From the NCBI RefSeq assembly GCF_009914755.1, contig NC_060939.1: 64,000 bases of DNA, one strand, 5' to 3'. The translations under genes were made by a program, and so were the position numbers. The notes under the pieces are model-generated. The model saw only the letters and a list, made by a program, of their open reading frames with translations, did no database searches and was not told the origin of the DNA. This document shows, one piece after another, positions 58,084 to 64,000 of this stretch; position 1 is the stretch's first letter, and each line of letters opens with the position of its first letter. Source of the stretch: the human T2T-CHM13v2.0 reference genome, Homo sapiens.

Positions 58084-60206
58084 GCTTAATTTCTCTAAGA
58101 CTCAGTTTGCTTTTTTATAAAATAAGTTACAAGTTTACAGAGCTGCTTTAAGGACCAAATAAGATAATGTACTTAAGGCACCCAACAAAACATTTGGTAC
58201 ACAGAAAGCACTCAGTAATAAATTACAGATATTATCATTACTAACAAAATATTTTATATTTAACTTACCTCAGAGGGGAAAAATATAATAATAGATTAAC
58301 CTGTCAGCTTTTTAATAAGGGCAAACATTACAGCAAAATAAGAGTATTATACTACTTGGCTTCTCTCTTTCATCCTTTTCAGATAACATAAAAATGATTT
58401 TTTTCCATCTTCAAAATACTCGATTACTGATAGATATACTGTAGGTACATTGGAAAAATTCTGTATAATCACATTCACATTCTTGTGAGATGTTTAAGTT
58501 ACCTGAAAAACCAATGAATGCTGGAATTCTGAATTAAGCATCTGATTATATAGGAGGCTGGACAGTAGAAACAGACTGCTTTAAGAATTTTTAAAACAAG
58601 AAATCTCAAGATTAAATAAAATCACTCTGTATTTGTTTTAAATTTTGATGCTTTAACTTATTTCTCTGCTGTGTTTGGCTTGTGTTGCTCCCTACCCTCA
58701 ACAGCTCTCTCTCTGCTGGTAAAAATCCTATTCTCATTCAAGATTTAGCTCAAATCCAGTTTTCTCCAAACCCCCATAATCTCCCTAGATGGTAGTGTGT
58801 TAATCATGTTACTGAACATGTGGCACATATCATTCATAATTATCATTCAGAATAACTGTATTGTCAAGTCTTTTAAAGCTTATAATGTATTCTCACATTT
58901 CACTTGGATTTGGACATAAAAAATCCCTAAGTAGAGCAAGAATTAAAGTTACATGTCCAAATGAATGGTTCCAGATGTGAAGAATGAATGCATTCTACAA
59001 AAAAAATTAAAATCTCCCTTTTAACAATATGAGAAAACCAAAGTGGTTAGGTAACTTAATAGAGACTACAAAAATCTTAAGAATAGAGGATCAAATCATC
59101 CCACTTACTGCTCAGGCTAAAGTCCCACTCACTGAAGTAGAACACTTATACAGAAAGAATAGGAGTCATTATTTCTCTTTATTCCCAAGAAGTTTCAAGA
59201 ATTTAGACTTTTTCTATGAATAAATCTACATGCTTTATGAAACCAGACTTAAGACAACTATTTTTTTCTCCCTGTTTCTTTTGGTTCTTACCTATTTCAC
59301 AAACCAGATTGTTACTAAATACGTAAGTGACACCCAGAGAGGTGAATATCAAATCAAGTATTAAAAAATTGGAAAAACAGTTTAAGTTTATAATAAAAGT
59401 ATTACTATTAAAAAAAAACTGGGAGAGGGTTTGGTAAATTCTCCGCACTGATTTGTTAGTAAATCTAAAAATTCCAAAAAATCATGTATACGTCTGTTTA
59501 GTCAAATATTTGAATAGATACAAATTGCTAAGATACAAAGAGTAACTGCCTTGATTACAGGGAATTTTCAATTAGATAAAATTATTTTATAGTACACTAA
59601 TTTATTTTAGATTAATGAAGAACTTTGTTACAGTATACAATCAAAGAACTTTAAATGTTCCTCAACAGGGAAAGTTCACTAATCCTTCAATGTACATTTC
59701 ATGAGTACTTACTATGTACAAATCACTATTTATTTATTGTTGGGGGTTTATAATAGCACTTTATAATCATATTGAACTATCACGCTGAAACAATTAGAAT
59801 AGAAAGACATTAAACTAATTAAGAAATCAACTATAGCCATATATTTTTCACACTAGTGTCCATAGAAACTAATTAATACTTTTTTAAACAGAGTATTCAG
59901 GCTACCTGAGAAGTTCTCTAACTCACAGAAATTATTTTAATATTTCTCAGCTATGGTTAGCTCCAAGTGAGAATTAGTTCAAAGTTGGTTAGCTTACTTA
60001 ATAGGAAGAAATAAAATATTCTGTCATTAAATAGGATTTTACAGAAAATTACCCACATAAGGTATTCAAGTACTAGTGACGTTCCACCTTACAATATATG
60101 AAAAACTTCACACAAGGGTAGGGACTTCAAAACAGAAAGTCAATCTCATATGCATATTCATCAAGTTTCTTTCTATAACCTTTATGAAAAAAATACTAAA
60201 ACCAAC

Positions 60207-60324
60207 CTGCCATAGAAAGTGTTGGTCCCCCTTGGTAATGTGATAATCCTGTATCCTGGGTCAAGTCAAACAGTAACTCTGATGACTTATTAGACACAAC
60301 TCGTGATGAGTTTGTTATATAACC
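60207..60324 (-). CDS. ZNF280D: ZNF280D coding exon 1/15 in window (GYITNSSRVVSNKSSELLFDLTQDTGLSHYQGGPTLSMA)
   Basis: taacag|GGTTAT acceptor, GCAG|gttggt donor; 118 nt, phase 0->1. Confidence 0.93.
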
Positions 60325-61397
60325 CTGTTAAATAGTTCAAAGGAAAAATAATACATTTATTCAACAGTTATAATTATTTCAATATAATTATATATTATGT
60401 AATTTTATATAATTATATAAGAATTTTATTTCATAGACATTTATAAAAGTAAATTGTATGCCCAATATTCTAAGGAAACCCTTTGATAACTCAATTATTA
60501 ATAAGTTAAAAACACAAAGATAATTGCTACTTTGCCAAAATTATCATCTACTGAAACTGAAAGCAAGCTATTACTTAGAGCTGGTTTACTGCTGACTAGA
60601 AAACTAAAATGGGGGGCATATTCTTAGTTCAACTTCTTCAAGGTAAAAGAAACATAAATCAACTTATATATCAGTAAGATTGATACACTTTAGATGACTT
60701 CTAAAGATTCAGTATCCCCATTAAAGGACAAAAAATAGAACTTAGCAAAATCTTTGGGCAAAAGCAAGGAGAAAAAAAAAACCATATTTACATGACCAAA
60801 AAAATTAAAAGCTTCTATGCTTCTAAAAACCTCACATCTGAGATATCAGGGCAAACAAACGGAATCAATCTGCAGTATTGTGCATCAGTGTTAAGGATGA
60901 ATATATCACATAATGTGAATTTTGAAATCATCTTTATTGGAGAAATGTATAAGCTATGTGTCAGAAAGAGAAAAAATGGGCCCCACACACTTTCCATCAT
61001 CCCATAGAAAGCCACGCTAGGCCAGGAATCTTCTGTCTTATCAGGCAAATATGAAAGCAAACCGGTCAGTAGAGTGAACAAATAAGAATGCCAGGCAGAC
61101 AGGGTTTAGAACAGAAGTTGTTTATGGGAATAATTGGGGCCAGCTGTCCTGCTCCTGGAGGCCTCGGGACTCAAAGGAAGTTTTAGCCCTTCCATCAGGA
61201 GAAAGGGTGGTCCAAACTAAAAGGAAGATCTTAAGAAGAGAGGAGTGAAAAGTATGAGATGAATGATAATGGGCTCAAGTATAAAGCAGTATAAAGTTAT
61301 ATATGAGCATACATACATGGTGTACATAATTATGAAAAATATGGTCAATATAATTTAGGGACATACACTCCGATATTATTATACATTAAATATAATG

Positions 61398-61404
<7 letters not shown>

Positions 61405-61444
<40 letters not shown>
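61405..61444 (+). repeat. (CA)20 microsatellite
   Basis: Read directly from the sequence. Confidence 0.97.
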
Positions 61445-61445
<1 letters not shown>

Positions 61446-62171
61446 GTATACTCCAATACCATTAATACTTCTAAAAGATACTCATTGTGGACGGTAAGCT
61501 CTCAGAGTGACTTTTGGACCATTCTACATGTCATAATACATAACAAGCGGATTAACAATGATTAAAAATTAAAGGAAAAAAGGCTATCACTTTAGGAAAA
61601 ATATGGGCAAAGGACATAAACTGAGAGAATTCAGAAGTCAAATACTAATGAACAACATATACGAAATACCTTTTTTCCAAATTACCAGCCAAAGAAATGC
61701 AAATAAAAACAACAGCAACATTTAACTAATGAATTGGCATGTTACCATAATATCTACTACAAAATAAATTAATTAGCCACTACTCTTAAAAGTGTCAAGT
61801 TCATGGAAGACAAAGAAAGAATGAATAACTAGAAAATACGAGGAAATTAAAAAGAAGTAACTGCAAGTATCCTGAATAGGATACTGGGCAGGAAAAAGAA
61901 CATTAATGGGAAAACTGATGAAATTCCAGTAAAGTCTATAGTTGGGTTAATGTTAATTACCCAGTTGTGATAAGATGTTAAAATAAAGGGAAACTGGGTA
62001 AGGGGTATATGGGAACTGTTTGTACTATTTTTTCTGTGTCTAATATTAGTTTGAGTTAAAAAGCAATGATAACATTCATTATTGGCAAAGTAGAGCTTAT
62101 ATTTTAGTATAATTTTTCTGCATAAAAGCTTTGGCAGTAGCTACTGAAGGCTTTAAAAGGTTCACTTCCTT

Positions 62172-62477
<306 letters not shown>

Positions 62478-62637
62478 GGTTCACCCCCTTTTATCTAATT
62501 ATTCCATTTTTAAGAATTTATGGTAATGAAATAAAAATGTTTAAGGGAAAATTAGTTATAACAGAAAAACAATTATAACCTGTATGTCTAACAATGGAGA
62601 AATGATTAAACTGATAAAACTATTGTGCAAAAATTAA

Positions 62638-62934
<297 letters not shown>

Positions 62935-63772
62935 AAATTAACATTTTTTTAGGAAATGTTCCAAGTAGAATGTTCAGTGAAAAAAGAGAAATATGTATTT
63001 GCAAATACTATAGGGTCCTGATACACTCTTCTCACTTTTCTAAACTCTGTCCCCAAATACATATTACTTCATAAGAGAAACATAAAAGTTTTATTATTAT
63101 AAATTAAGGAATATTCAAGTTTTAAGAATTTTGCTTTATTACTAACTTTTCTATTGACATGGGTTTGTTAAGAAGTTACGGAAACAAGCTATTGATGTAA
63201 CTCAAACTAATCCTAGAATTTGAGGCCTAGTAGGCAGATGTAGGTATTTGGGCCTCAACATGTAGTATTTTCTTTTTATCATGCCCTATGATTTAACAGT
63301 AATAAAACATAATCTTACTTCAAAGTAAACATTTTCTCCAAATATTTGTGAAAAAATGGAAAAGTTACTTCTGAGTTTCAAGTTACTCACCTTTCAAACT
63401 GAAATAATAATCACAATTGTTTGTTTTAAACGTACTTGCTCTTCATGGTACACGTATCATATCAAGCAGCTATCACAACAATACTAATAAGGACCTAATA
63501 TTATTCCTCATTTTATAAATAGGTAAACTAAGGTTAGGTGGGGTCGAGTAAGGCTCCCAGTACAGCCCCACTTGTTGCTGATGGAGCTGGAAATAGAATC
63601 CAGGTCTGACTGATTACAAAGCCCATGCACTTAAGCTATATCACATTGACTTTCTGGGTCATAATAATATATCCCATCCCTGCCAACCTGAAAGCGATGT
63701 TGAGATACCACATTCCATGAAAAAGTAAAAACACACACACAAAATATGACATAAAATAAAAAACTACTATAG

Positions 63773-63778
63773 TTTATT
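63773..63778 (-). promoter_or_regulatory. Candidate intronic polyadenylation signal (AATAAA)
   Basis: AATAAA followed on the minus strand by a U-rich stretch and then a GU-rich element (ttttgtgtgtgtgttttt). Confidence 0.5.
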
Positions 63779-64000
63779 AAAATGACTTCCAAAATTCAGA
63801 GAAAAGTCACTTAAACAGGATTCTCAATTCATTCCAGAATACTCCTCTGTCATTCTTAACTTTGACTGCACAGTAGAATCACACTTGAAGAGTTTTTAAG
63901 CAGCTATCATTTCTGGGTTCCACCCAGACCAACTGGCAAAACCTCTCATTTTTTAAAAGAACCCAAGTACTGGGAACCATCAGCTGAGGTGCTTTGATTT

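Overview
AT-rich primate (human-like) genomic DNA lying entirely inside one minus-strand gene, ZNF280D (SUHW4, a C2H2 zinc-finger gene; human chr15q21.3 by recall). I mapped 15 consecutive internal coding exons (60324 down to 2322). All have GT-AG boundaries and compatible phases, and they splice into one open frame of 1934 nt (GYITNSS...ETSNSES). The start and final exons lie outside the window. The introns hold about 22 Alu copies or fragments, a 2.45-kb 5'-truncated L1PA, older L1/HAL1/L2/MIR pieces, hAT (Charlie1, Tip100-like, MER3) and Tigger-family (MER2, MER44) DNA-transposon fossils, a Y3 RNA retrocopy and several microsatellites. Most short ORFs in the supplied track are repeat-derived or chance ORFs. 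I found no evidence of a new multi-gene system. The best leads are an in-frame candidate alternative terminal exon (20452-20728) with its own polyA signals, a candidate intronic polyA site near 63775, a complex two-template local insertion (41409-41592) and several unusual Alu structures.
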